A stretch of DNA of 64,000 bases from Candidatus Gemmiger stercoravium (lineage in GTDB: Bacteria; Bacillota; Clostridia; Oscillospirales; Ruminococcaceae): the NCBI GenBank assembly GCA_019119835.1, contig DWWE01000094.1, forward strand, positions 188-64,187. The letters run 5' to 3'. Each line of letters opens with the position of its first letter. Within the stretch, counting starts at the first letter, position 1. Positions 1 through 8,296 of this stretch are shown here, one piece after another. The notes under the pieces are model-generated. The model was not told where the DNA came from. It did no database searches and saw only the letters and a list, made by a program, of their open reading frames with translations. Position numbers and translations under genes: made by a program.

Positions 1-75
1 TGAGTATAAACTTACAGGTATATTGTAGCGCATCTCGTCCCGCTTGGCATGAAGCTGCGTCCCTGCGCAAAATTT

Positions 76-341
76 TCACATTTTCCGCACCTTCCCCGCG
101 CTTTGCGCCAGACGGGCCAGCCAGTAGCCGGCAAAAACGAACGGCGCCAGGATCGCAAGGGAATCGGCAAAGAAAAAGACGAGCGGTTCCGAATCGTCAA
201 AAAAGCCGAACTGGGTACGGTAAAGAAAATAATCCGGCCGGCCGCGGCGCACAAAGGCAACGGCGCCGTAACCGGCCGCCGCAGCCCCGAGCAGGCACAG
301 CCGTTTTTGTGCGGACTGCCGTTGACAAGCAGGACTTTCAT
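76..341 (-). pseudogene. Chimeric pseudogene: 15-codon N-terminus of a flavodoxin-like NAD(P)H-dependent FMN reductase joined out of frame to the C-terminus of a membrane protein (DUF4405-associated type)
   Basis: ATG at 341 with an upstream AAGGAAG gives MKVLLVNGSPHKNGC and then loses similarity. Another frame from ~300 to TGA at 76-78 reads LCLLGAAAAGYGAVAFVRRGRPDYFLYRTQFGFFDDSEPLVFFLADSLAILAPFVFAGYWL, a hydrophobic C-terminus typical of clostridial flavodoxin-cluster membrane proteins. Confidence 0.6.
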
Positions 342-830
342 TGTGTATGCTTCCTTTCGTTTTGCGTTCTGCCTGTATCCTACCATGACGGCAGGGCGGC
401 GGGAAGTTCCATTTGGTTCATAAGTATATACTCAAAGGTGTTCCCTTTTCGACATTTCCACGAGATGGCGGTCCTGTTGTTCGGGAACTCAAGAACGCCT
501 GCCCGCAGCCCTGTGACGGCTGCAGACAGGCGTTTTTCTGTTGCATGCTTTAGTAAAGTCTGCCCCCCAGCCCTGCCGGGGAGAGTAAATAAGTTTTCCC
601 TTCAAGTATCGAGCGAAGCGAAAGGGCAGCACAGTCTTGCGGCCAGCCCACCGTGCTGTCGCAGCCCGGCTGCCAGCGGCGGAGCGACAGTACCGCACCA
701 GCTGGGGTCTCTACAAAAACGACACCATAGCCGGTGGGCGATTCGCCGACCGGCAGCAGCCGCGGGCAGTGATGGCTGCGTACCTCCCGCCGCACCTGCG
801 CGAGCAGCTCCGGGAAGCGGGACGGTCGCT

Positions 831-1520
831 TTACAGCCCCAGGCCCGCGATCCATTCAGCAACCTGGTCGCCGGAACCGGCGGCGCTGCTGCCCGAGACA
901 TGCAGTCCTTCCAGGATCGTCGCGCCGGGGGCGGAATCGGACAGACGGTCCAGGCTGCGGCCAAACCCGCTGCCGCCGGAGGTGCAGAAGGGTACCAGCA
1001 TCTTGCCGGTCCAGTCATAGCTTTCGAGGAAGGAGTAAATCACCATCGGCGCATCGCTCCACCAGTCGGGGTAGCCGACGAAGATCACGTCGCAGCTGTC
1101 CCAATTTTCGACGCTCGCGGCCAACTCGGGGCGGGCATCCTCGGCCTGTTCCTGCTGGGCCACGTCCAGCAGGGCGTCGTAATCATCGGTGTAGGGGGTG
1201 GCGGGGGCAATCTCAAACAGTGTGCCGCCGGTCTGCTCGGCGATCAGGTTTGCCATCGCCTCGGTATTGCCTGACCAGGAGAAGTAGGCCACCAGAACTC
1301 CGCTCTCCCCTGCCGCATCGGTCTCTTCAGCCGTTTCGCCGGCTGCCTCTGTGGCCGCGGTCTCGGATTCGGCGGGCGTCTCGGTCGGCGCGGGCGTTTC
1401 GGTCGCGGTCGGGGTCTCGGTGGGGGCGGCGGTGGGTTCCACTGCCGAAGAGGCCGCACCACCGCAGGCGGAAAGGCTCAGGGTCAGGGCGGCCAACAGG
1501 AGGGATAGTTGCTTTTTCAC
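831..1520 (-). CDS. Lipoprotein flavodoxin (Flavodoxin_4-like) with a Pro/Thr/Glu/Ala-rich linker
   Basis: Signal peptide MKKQLSLLLAALTLSLSAC with lipobox, PTETP repeats, then the flavodoxin motifs LVAYFSWSGNT, IFVGYPDWW and PFCTSGGSG. GTG start. Confidence 0.85.
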   Translation of the reverse strand: MKKQLSLLLAALTLSLSACGGAASSAVEPTAAPTETPTATETPAPTETPAESETAATEAAGETAEETDAAGESGVLVAYFSWSGNTEAMANLIAEQTGGTLFEIAPATPYTDDYDALLDVAQQEQAEDARPELAASVENWDSCDVIFVGYPDWWSDAPMVIYSFLESYDWTGKMLVPFCTSGGSGFGRSLDRLSDSAPGATILEGLHVSGSSAAGSGDQVAEWIAGLGL

Positions 1521-1828
1521 GGCGTGTCATCGTCCTTTCTTGGTTTTCTGTCGGTATGGTTTCATCATAGAGGCCGAATCCGCCGGTGTAAAATACTTAT
1601 GTTTTATCGTGCTCGATGCATTTTTTGAATAGCAAAGATCCCACCCGGACACGGCCCTGCGCTGCCGGTTCCTGTGCACTGGCGGGGCCTTCCACCATAG
1701 CCGGCAGGCATTATGCAGCATAAAAACCAGGTATTGGACATGCAAAACAATTCGGCATACAATGACAATGAGAACAACAAATTCTTCTTTCCTTCTATAA
1801 GGCTATAAGGAACGCCGGGAGGTATTGT

Positions 1829-2305
1829 ATGGAACTGCGTGTTTTGCACTATTTTTTGGCGGTCGCCCGGGAGGAAAACGTCACCCACGCCGCACAGGCA
1901 CTGCACCTTTCCCAGCCGACACTGAGCCGCCAGCTGGCACAGATGGAGGAAGAACTGGGGGTCAGGCTGTTCGAGCGAGGCAAGCGCAAGATCACCCTGA
2001 CCGCCGAGGGCGTTCTGCTGCGCCGCCGTGCCAAGGAGATCCTGGAGCTGGCTAGCAAGACCGAGCGGGAACTGCGCGAGCAGGCTGCCGATGTGGAGGG
2101 CACCGTGGCCGTGGGCTGCGGTGATCTGGACGGCGTGCGGCTGCTGCCCGAACTGTTTCGCAGCTTTCACGCCCGGTACCCGCGGGTACAGTTCGATCTG
2201 TACACCGCCACCGCCGACCATATCCTTGCATTAGCCTCGCCTCACCAACCGCAACAAGGAACGATCGATTCAAAAAATGTCCTCAAACCACAATATTCAT
2301 CTTAA
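1829..2305 (+). pseudogene. LysR-family transcriptional regulator, C-terminally truncated
   Basis: Canonical LysR HTH (MELRVLHYFLAVAREENVTHAAQALHLSQPTLSRQL). Similarity and GC-rich codon style stop at about 2227, and the ORF runs into AT-rich DNA. It is only 158 aa, against about 300 for full LysR proteins. Confidence 0.8.
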
Positions 2306-2318
2306 ATCGACCAAGTTA

Positions 2319-2882
2319 TTATTGCGCCAAATAAATATGCGTTAACACCTTATTAGTGTAACTACGAATGACAACGCATTTTTGGGAAGATGTGATGACG
2401 CACTCTTGTTCAAGATTTTCAGCATCCCAAGCTCTAGTGGGCCCTTCTGATATCTTTATATCGAAGGCTCTATCATCCTTCAGCATACTTTCAAAGTATT
2501 TCCGCAATTCTTCAGTTATTCTTTCGCATTCATTTTGAGACTGAAAGTCGATACCCAAGTACGCTTCAAATACGCGTGCGTCATTGTCTGCTTCATTTCC
2601 ATCAAAGACATATGTTATTGTTGCGTTTTGCCCAAAACACTCTTTGTTGTGATATACATAAGTACATCGATTGATTCCTGCCTCGTCATACTTTTCATCT
2701 GGTGCTCCCGCTTCAGCTATAGTTTCACTTACAGTCATATCAAATGCGACTGTCTCGTTTGGCATACCAACAAGTACTGCCGAATGTGAATGCGAAAACC
2801 ATAGATAGCATATAAGTACCAGTACCAAACATATTGTCGGGACAAGTATTGCGAGCTTTGATTTTCGTTGAATCGTACTCAT
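2319..2882 (-). CDS. Hypothetical membrane-anchored protein in an AT-rich patch
   Basis: 187-aa ORF with RBS AGGAG, a basic N-terminus plus hydrophobic helix (LAILVPTICLVLVLICYLWF), and composition visibly more AT-rich than the flanks. Confidence 0.7.
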   Translation of the reverse strand: MSTIQRKSKLAILVPTICLVLVLICYLWFSHSHSAVLVGMPNETVAFDMTVSETIAEAGAPDEKYDEAGINRCTYVYHNKECFGQNATITYVFDGNEADNDARVFEAYLGIDFQSQNECERITEELRKYFESMLKDDRAFDIKISEGPTRAWDAENLEQECVITSSQKCVVIRSYTNKVLTHIYLAQ

Positions 2883-3046
2883 CTCCTATTCATTCAATTA
2901 GCCACACCGCATCACCATTGTTTACTGCTTGCAGTGAGTAATGCATCAGTAAGATGTCTGCGTCCGAGTATTCTCCATACACACCCGTTGTTCATGCGAA
3001 AAAAGCCAATAAATTATGATTAAAACGAGGGATATTTTGATCCCTT

Positions 3047-3089
3047 TGTCTGCCATTTCAAGCATTTTTGGCAGACAACTTGGCAGACA
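3047..3089. repeat. Three copies of TGGCAGACA (one inverted, two direct with 12-bp period); putative integrase arm-type sites
   Basis: TGTCTGCCA at 3047-3055; TTGGCAGACA at 3068-3077 and 3080-3089. The cluster lies 55-100 bp beyond the tRNA-Leu 3' end. Confidence 0.6.
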
Positions 3090-3144
3090 TAAAAAGCAAA
3101 AAGGAACACAAAAACAAGCGTTCTCGCGTTCCTTTTTGACTCAG

Positions 3145-3228
3145 TGCCGCCAACGGGGATCGAACCCGTACGCTGTTGCCAGCGAGGGATTTTAAGTCCC
3201 TTGCGTCTGCCAGTTCCGCCACAGCGGC
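3145..3228 (-). tRNA. tRNA-Leu (anticodon TAA)
   Basis: Reverse complement GCCGCTGTGGCGGAACTGGCAGACGCAAGGGACTTAAAATCCCTCGCTGGCAACAGCGTACGGGTTCGATCCCCGTTGGCGGCA has the acceptor stem, D-loop GG, anticodon stem GGGA/TCCC, a long variable arm and a GGTTCGA T-loop. CCA is not encoded. Confidence 0.95.
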
Positions 3229-3241
3229 TCGCTGTTTCTCT

Positions 3242-3270
3242 ATTGTATCGCACAGCCGGGCAAAAGTCAA
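3242..3270 (-). promoter_or_regulatory. Sigma-A promoter of tRNA-Leu
   Basis: TTGACT (3265-3270), 17 bp, TACAAT (3242-3247) on the minus strand. Confidence 0.75.
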
Positions 3271-3283
3271 ATGGCGCGGGCAC

Positions 3284-3311
3284 TTGATTGCCCGGTTTCC
3301 TGCGGTATAAT
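3284..3311 (+). promoter_or_regulatory. Sigma-A promoter of rarA
   Basis: TTGATT (3284-3289), 16 bp, TATAAT (3306-3311). Confidence 0.65.
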
Positions 3312-3439
3312 GAAAGAAGGATGGCGGACAAAAATCCGAACAGCCGGCGTCGGCAGCGCCGGGGATAGCGGGCGCCGCCGTTCACGAAATTTCCGCAGCG
3401 GTATCTTTTCAGATTCACGCGGGGGGAAGGTGGAGATCC

Positions 3440-4774
3440 ATGGAACAAACCACATTGTTTGAGCGCAAGGTCTCGCAGCCGCTGGCCGCCCGCCTGCGGC
3501 CCGCCACCCTGGACGAGTATGTGGGGCAAACCCATCTGTTGGGCCCCGGCAAGGTGCTGCGCCGATTGATCGAGACGGATCAGATCTCCTCCATGATCTT
3601 CTGGGGCCCGCCCGGGGTCGGCAAAACCACCCTGGCGAGGATCATCGCACACAAAACCAAGGCTTCCTTCATTGATTTTTCGGCCGTGACCAGCGGCATC
3701 AAGGAGATCCGGGCCGTGATGCAGCAGGCGGAGGAAAACCGCCGTTTCGGTGAGCGCACCATCGTGTTTGTGGACGAGATCCACCGGTTCAACAAGGCGC
3801 AGCAGGACGCCTTCCTTCCCTTTGTGGAGAAGGGCAGCATCATCCTGATCGGCGCCACCACCGAAAACCCGTCCTTCGAGATCAACGGGGCGCTGCTTTC
3901 CCGCTGCAAGGTCTTTGTGCTGCAGGCCCTCAAACCGGATGAGGTGGCCGGACTTCTGCGCCGTGCCCTGCAGGACCCGCGGGGCTTTGGCGGCCAGACC
4001 ATCCACATCCCGGAAGAGCTGCTGCAGGCGTTGGCAGTGTTCGCCAACGGGGACGCCCGCACGGCCCTGTCCACCCTGGAGATGGTCGTACTCAACGGAG
4101 ATGTGGCGCAGGACGGCAGCATTACCGTAACCGAGGAAACGGTGGAACAGTGTACCTCCAAAAAGTCCCTGCTCTATGACAAGCAGGGGGAGGAACACTA
4201 CAACCTGATCTCGGCGCTGCACAAATCCATGCGCAATTCGGACCCGGACGCCGCCGTGTACTGGCTGGCCCGGATGCTGGAAGCCGGCGAGGACCCGCTG
4301 TATGTAGCCCGCCGCGTGATCCGGTTTGCCAGCGAAGACGTGGGGCTGGCCGACCCGCGGGCGCTGGAGCAGGCCGTTGCCGCCTACCAGGCATGCCACT
4401 TTCTCGGAATGCCCGAATGCACGGTCCATCTGACCCAGGCGGTGGTCTATCTGTCGCTGGCGCCGAAATCGAACGCGCTTTACAAAGCCTACGAACACGC
4501 CAAGACCGATGCGGTCCGGCAGCTGGCCGAACCGGTGCCGCTGGTGATCCGCAACGCCCCCACCCGGCTCATGAAGGAGCTGGAGTACGGAAAAGGATAC
4601 CAGTACGCCCATGACGCCGCCGACAAGCTGACAACGATCCAGTGCCTGCCCGATTCGCTGCTGGGGCGCCGCTACTACGAGCCCACCGAAGAGGGGCTGG
4701 AAGCCCGCTACAAGGCCCGCCTGGAGCAGATCCGAACCTGGAAGCAGGAACACGAGACAAAGACCGAGCCGTAA
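3440..4774 (+). CDS. rarA: Replication-associated recombination protein A (AAA+ ATPase, MgsA family)
   Basis: PLAARLRP N-terminus, Walker A GPPGVGKT, Walker B VDEIHRF, and the ALHKSMR..D.DAA.YW and EDVGLAD motifs. Confidence 0.95.
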   Translation: MEQTTLFERKVSQPLAARLRPATLDEYVGQTHLLGPGKVLRRLIETDQISSMIFWGPPGVGKTTLARIIAHKTKASFIDFSAVTSGIKEIRAVMQQAEENRRFGERTIVFVDEIHRFNKAQQDAFLPFVEKGSIILIGATTENPSFEINGALLSRCKVFVLQALKPDEVAGLLRRALQDPRGFGGQTIHIPEELLQALAVFANGDARTALSTLEMVVLNGDVAQDGSITVTEETVEQCTSKKSLLYDKQGEEHYNLISALHKSMRNSDPDAAVYWLARMLEAGEDPLYVARRVIRFASEDVGLADPRALEQAVAAYQACHFLGMPECTVHLTQAVVYLSLAPKSNALYKAYEHAKTDAVRQLAEPVPLVIRNAPTRLMKELEYGKGYQYAHDAADKLTTIQCLPDSLLGRRYYEPTEEGLEARYKARLEQIRTWKQEHETKTEP

Positions 4775-4799
4775 CCGCCGGTTTGCGATAAACAGAAAA

Positions 4800-4850
4800 A
4801 ACGCCCCGCCGCTCTCCCCTGCCAAAGCAGAGAGAAACGGCGGGGCGTTT
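4800..4850. terminator. Bidirectional intrinsic terminator between rarA and feoB
   Basis: AACGCCCCGCCG...CGGCGGGGCGTT inverted repeat with A/T flanks between convergent genes. Confidence 0.7.
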
Positions 4851-4872
4851 GAATGGGATGATCCGGACGGCG

Positions 4873-7254
4873 TCACACAAATCCGAGCGCCAACCCCACC
4901 AGGCGGACCAGGAAGGCCACGACCCAGGCGATCAGGCATTGCTGGACCGCCACGCCAAAGGCGGCACGCGCCCCGCCCAGTTCCCGCTTGACCGCCGCGA
5001 TGGCGGCCACGCAGGGGGTGTAGAGCAGTGTGAATACCAGGAACACCACCGCGGTGAAGGGGGTGAAGAGGGTGCTGAGGGCGGCGGTATCCCCGCCCAG
5101 CAGAACGGTCAGGGTGGAGACCACGCTCTCCTTGGCGGTGAAGCCGGTGATCAGCGCTGTTGAAGCACGCCAATCCCCGAAGCCCAGCGGGGCAAAGATC
5201 GGGGCAATCCAGCTGCCAATCATGGCCAGCAGGCTGGAATCCGTCGCGGCCGCCACGTTGAGCCGCAGATCAAAGGTCTGCAAAAACCAGATGATCACGG
5301 TGGCCACAAAGATGATCGTGAAAGCGCGCTGAATGAAGTCCCGTGCCTTCTCCCAGATCAGCTGGGCCACATTGCGGGCGCTGGGCAGCCGATAGTTGGG
5401 CAGCTCCATAACAAAGGGGACCGGCTCCCCGCGGAAGGCCGTGTGCTTGAGCACCAGCGCGAACAGGACCCCGCACAGGATTCCGAAGAGGTAAAGCCCC
5501 ACCATGACCGGCGCCCGCAGTGCCCGCGGGAAAAAGGCCGCGGTGAACAGCCCATAGATGGGCAGCTTGGCCGAGCAGGACATGAAGGGGGTGAGCAGGA
5601 TGGTCATGCGGCGGTCCCGCTCACTGGAGAGAGTGCGGGTGGCCATGATGGCCGGTACAGAACAGCCGAACCCGATCAGCATAGGCACAAAGCTGCGGCC
5701 TGACAGGCCGATCCGCCGCAGCAGCTTGTCCATGACAAAGGCCACCCGCGCCATGTAGCCGGTGTCTTCCAGGATGGACAAGAAGAAGAACAAGGTGACG
5801 ATGGTGGGCAGAAAGCTCAGAACACTGCCGACGCCGGCAAAGATTCCGTCGATGACCAGCGAGTGGACCACCGGGTTGATGGCATAGCTGGTCAGGGCCT
5901 GATCCACCAGCCGGGTCAGCGCGTCGATCCCCAGCGTGAGCAGGTCGGACAAAAAGGCACCGATGGCCCCGAAGGTCATCCAGAAGACCAGCGCCAGGAT
6001 GCCGATGAAGCAGGGCAGCGCCGTATATTTGCCGGTCAGGATCTTGTCGATGGCCACACTGCGCTTGTGTTCCCGGCTTTCGGCCGGGTGCACCACCGTT
6101 TCGGCGCACAGCTTTTCGATGAAGGTAAAGCGCATGTCCGCCAGCGCGGCCTCCCGGTCCAGGCCGCCCTCAGTCTCCATCTGGGTGACGGCATGTTCCA
6201 GCAGATCCTTTTCGTTCTGGTCCAGGCTCAGCGCTTCCAGGATCAGCGGGTCCCCTTCCACCAGTTTGGTGGCGGCGAAGCGCGGCGGCAGCCCCGCTCG
6301 CTTGGCGTGGTCCTCGATCAGGTGGACCACCGCATGGATGCAGCGGTGGACCGCCCCGCCCCGGGTCTGGTCCCGGTCGCCGGCCTCACAGAAATCAATG
6401 CGGCCCGGCGTCTCCCGGTAACGCGCCACATGAACGGCGTGGTCGATCAGCTCGTCGATGCCCTCGTTTTTGGCGGCTGAGATCGGCACCACCGGGATCC
6501 CCAGCAGTTCTTCCAGCCGGTTGACCAGGATCGTGCCGCCGTTGGCCCGGATCTCGTCCATCATATTGAGGGCCAGCACCATCGGGATTCCCAGTTCCAT
6601 CAGCTGCATGGTCAGATAGAGGTTGCGCTCGATGTTGGTGGCGTCCACAATGTTGATGATTCCACTGGGTTTTTGCTGCAAAAGGAAATCCCGGGTGACC
6701 AGCTCCTCCCCCGAATAGGGAGAGAGTGAATAGATGCCCGGCAGATCGGTGACCGTCGCCTCCGCGTGACCCCGGATCACGCCGTCCTTGCGGTCCACCG
6801 TGACACCGGGGAAATTGCCTACATGCTGGTTGGAGCCGGTCAGCTGGTTGAACAGGGTCGTTTTGCCGCAGTTCTGGTTGCCCGCCAGAGCGAAGGTCAG
6901 CGGCTGGCCTTTGGGGATAGCGTCCCCCGCTTTGTGCTGGTGGTAGCTGGCCGCATCGTGAAGTTCCCCGCGGCCCGGATGGGGTACCGCCGCATGCCGC
7001 TGCTGCGCGGGGGCTGTGCGGTCGCTGGTGTGAACGCCTTCAATCGTGATCTGACGGGCGTCGTCCAGGCGCAGCGTCAGTTCATACCCGCGCAGTTCCA
7101 GCTCGACGGGGTCCCCCATCGGCGCCACCTTCCGCAAGGTGACCTCGGTGCCCGGCGTCAGCCCCATATCCAGCAGGTGGCGGCGCAGGGCACCGCTGCC
7201 GCCCACCGTCCGGATCAGGGCGTCCTGCCCGATCTTTAAGTCAGCCAGTGTCAT
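4873..7254 (-). CDS. feoB: Ferrous iron transporter FeoB with a fused N-terminal FeoA domain
   Basis: FeoA domain (LLDMGLTPG..APMGDP..LRGYEL), G1 GNQNCGKT, G2 NFPGVTV, G3 DLPG, gate motif GFGCSVPA and LYTPCVAA. Start placed at 7254 from RBS GGAGG. Confidence 0.95.
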   Translation of the reverse strand: MTLADLKIGQDALIRTVGGSGALRRHLLDMGLTPGTEVTLRKVAPMGDPVELELRGYELTLRLDDARQITIEGVHTSDRTAPAQQRHAAVPHPGRGELHDAASYHQHKAGDAIPKGQPLTFALAGNQNCGKTTLFNQLTGSNQHVGNFPGVTVDRKDGVIRGHAEATVTDLPGIYSLSPYSGEELVTRDFLLQQKPSGIINIVDATNIERNLYLTMQLMELGIPMVLALNMMDEIRANGGTILVNRLEELLGIPVVPISAAKNEGIDELIDHAVHVARYRETPGRIDFCEAGDRDQTRGGAVHRCIHAVVHLIEDHAKRAGLPPRFAATKLVEGDPLILEALSLDQNEKDLLEHAVTQMETEGGLDREAALADMRFTFIEKLCAETVVHPAESREHKRSVAIDKILTGKYTALPCFIGILALVFWMTFGAIGAFLSDLLTLGIDALTRLVDQALTSYAINPVVHSLVIDGIFAGVGSVLSFLPTIVTLFFFLSILEDTGYMARVAFVMDKLLRRIGLSGRSFVPMLIGFGCSVPAIMATRTLSSERDRRMTILLTPFMSCSAKLPIYGLFTAAFFPRALRAPVMVGLYLFGILCGVLFALVLKHTAFRGEPVPFVMELPNYRLPSARNVAQLIWEKARDFIQRAFTIIFVATVIIWFLQTFDLRLNVAAATDSSLLAMIGSWIAPIFAPLGFGDWRASTALITGFTAKESVVSTLTVLLGGDTAALSTLFTPFTAVVFLVFTLLYTPCVAAIAAVKRELGGARAAFGVAVQQCLIAWVVAFLVRLVGLALGFV

Positions 7255-7298
7255 AGTAACCCTCCACTTCCTTGTCATCTCGATACTTTCCATAATAA

Positions 7299-7360
7299 AG
7301 ACTACAACCCGATCTTTTGTGTGTCAATATCTTCGGGCAAAAAAGTTTCCGAAGACTAAC
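7299..7360 (-). promoter_or_regulatory. Promoter of the feoA-feoB fusion with a degenerate upstream operator
   Basis: TTGACA (7322-7327), 17 bp, TAGTCT (7299-7304). GTTTC-N6-CTAAC at 7345-7360 is a variant of the locus palindrome. Confidence 0.55.
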
Positions 7361-7423
7361 TCGCCCCGCCCCTTCTTGGTAAAAAAACACCGCCCTGCAG
7401 GGCGGCGTGCCATGGCAAAAGGA

Positions 7424-8275
7424 TCAGTCGGATTCGGGGGCCTCAGCCCGATCATAGGTTTCGAGAAAGGTGTGGGCCACGCCCCGCGACTTGTAGCCGG
7501 GCAGAGTGTCGAGGCAGACCGAATGCAAACTGCTGAAGATGTTGTTTTCGATGTTGGGGTTCGTTTTTTTCAGCGTCCGGATCAGCTCCTTGACCTCCTG
7601 CCGTTTGGAGGCCCCGGGCTCGTCGCTGCGCGCCGTCAGGCGGCAGGCGCACTGCAGGAAATGCAGGTCATGATACCGCGCCCAGGCGATGATGTCCTGC
7701 TCCTTCACGCAGTACAGCGGCCGGATCAGTTCCATGCCGGGGAAATTCTTGCTGTGAAGTTTGGGGATCATTCCCTGAAACTGCGCCCCGTAAAACATGC
7801 TCATCACGGCTGTCTCGATCACATCGTTCAGGTGGTGCCCCAGAGCGATCTTGTTGCAGCCCAGCTGCTGAGCTTTTTTGTACAGATGCCCGCGCCGCAT
7901 ACGGGCGCAGAGATAACAGGGGTTGCGGTCGGTGTTGCAGGTGGCGGTAAAAATGTCAGTGTCGAACACCGTCACCGGTATGTGCAGCAGGGCGGCATTG
8001 TCCAGGATCTGCTGCCGGTTTTCCGGGGCGTAGCCGGGGTCCATGACCAGAAAGACAAGGGAAAACGGCACCTCGCTGTGGCGGTGCAGTTCCTGCATGA
8101 GCTTGGCCAGCACCATCGAATCCTTGCCGCCCGAAATGCACACGGCGATCCGGTCGCCCTCCCCCACCAGCTCATACCGTTTGACAGCGGCCACAAATGG
8201 GTTCCACAGCTGTTTGCGGTACTTTTTGATCAGGCTGCGCTCAATCAGCTCATAGGGCTGCAGTTCTTTTGTCAT
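7424..8275 (-). CDS. TtcA-family tRNA thiolation protein (PP-loop ATPase)
   Basis: PP-loop SGGKDS, CYLC motif, GHHLND and IRPL motifs, and a second Cys motif CAC. Confidence 0.85.
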   Translation of the reverse strand: MTKELQPYELIERSLIKKYRKQLWNPFVAAVKRYELVGEGDRIAVCISGGKDSMVLAKLMQELHRHSEVPFSLVFLVMDPGYAPENRQQILDNAALLHIPVTVFDTDIFTATCNTDRNPCYLCARMRRGHLYKKAQQLGCNKIALGHHLNDVIETAVMSMFYGAQFQGMIPKLHSKNFPGMELIRPLYCVKEQDIIAWARYHDLHFLQCACRLTARSDEPGASKRQEVKELIRTLKKTNPNIENNIFSSLHSVCLDTLPGYKSRGVAHTFLETYDRAEAPESD

Positions 8276-8296
8276 GAAATCTCCTCTGTCTCACGC

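Noticed and set aside
430-830. Spacer with protein-like frames (YRTSWGLYKNDTIAGG on +, GYGVVFVETPAG on -), a GAGCGAAGCG hairpin near 600-626 and CTTTTCGACA at 445-454
   Set aside because: I could not assign a family or a start/RBS to either frame. The resemblance to the MITE end is too short and has no partner end or target duplication.
1340-1450. Short tandem GGTCTCGG/GGCGGG-type repeats
   Set aside because: They simply encode the PTETP/PTAT linker of the lipoprotein flavodoxin and are not an independent repeat element.
1327-1530. ORF MTRREKAT.. whose ATG is better spaced to the RBS than the flavodoxin GTG; possible frameshift
   Set aside because: Reaching the flavodoxin frame needs a +1 shift with no recognised slippery signal, and the GTG start already gives a complete signal peptide.
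3321-3368. 15-codon Arg-rich uORF (MADKNPNSRRRQRRG) in the rarA leader
   Set aside because: The RBS spacing is poor and there is no attenuator structure or biological rationale. It is likely chance.
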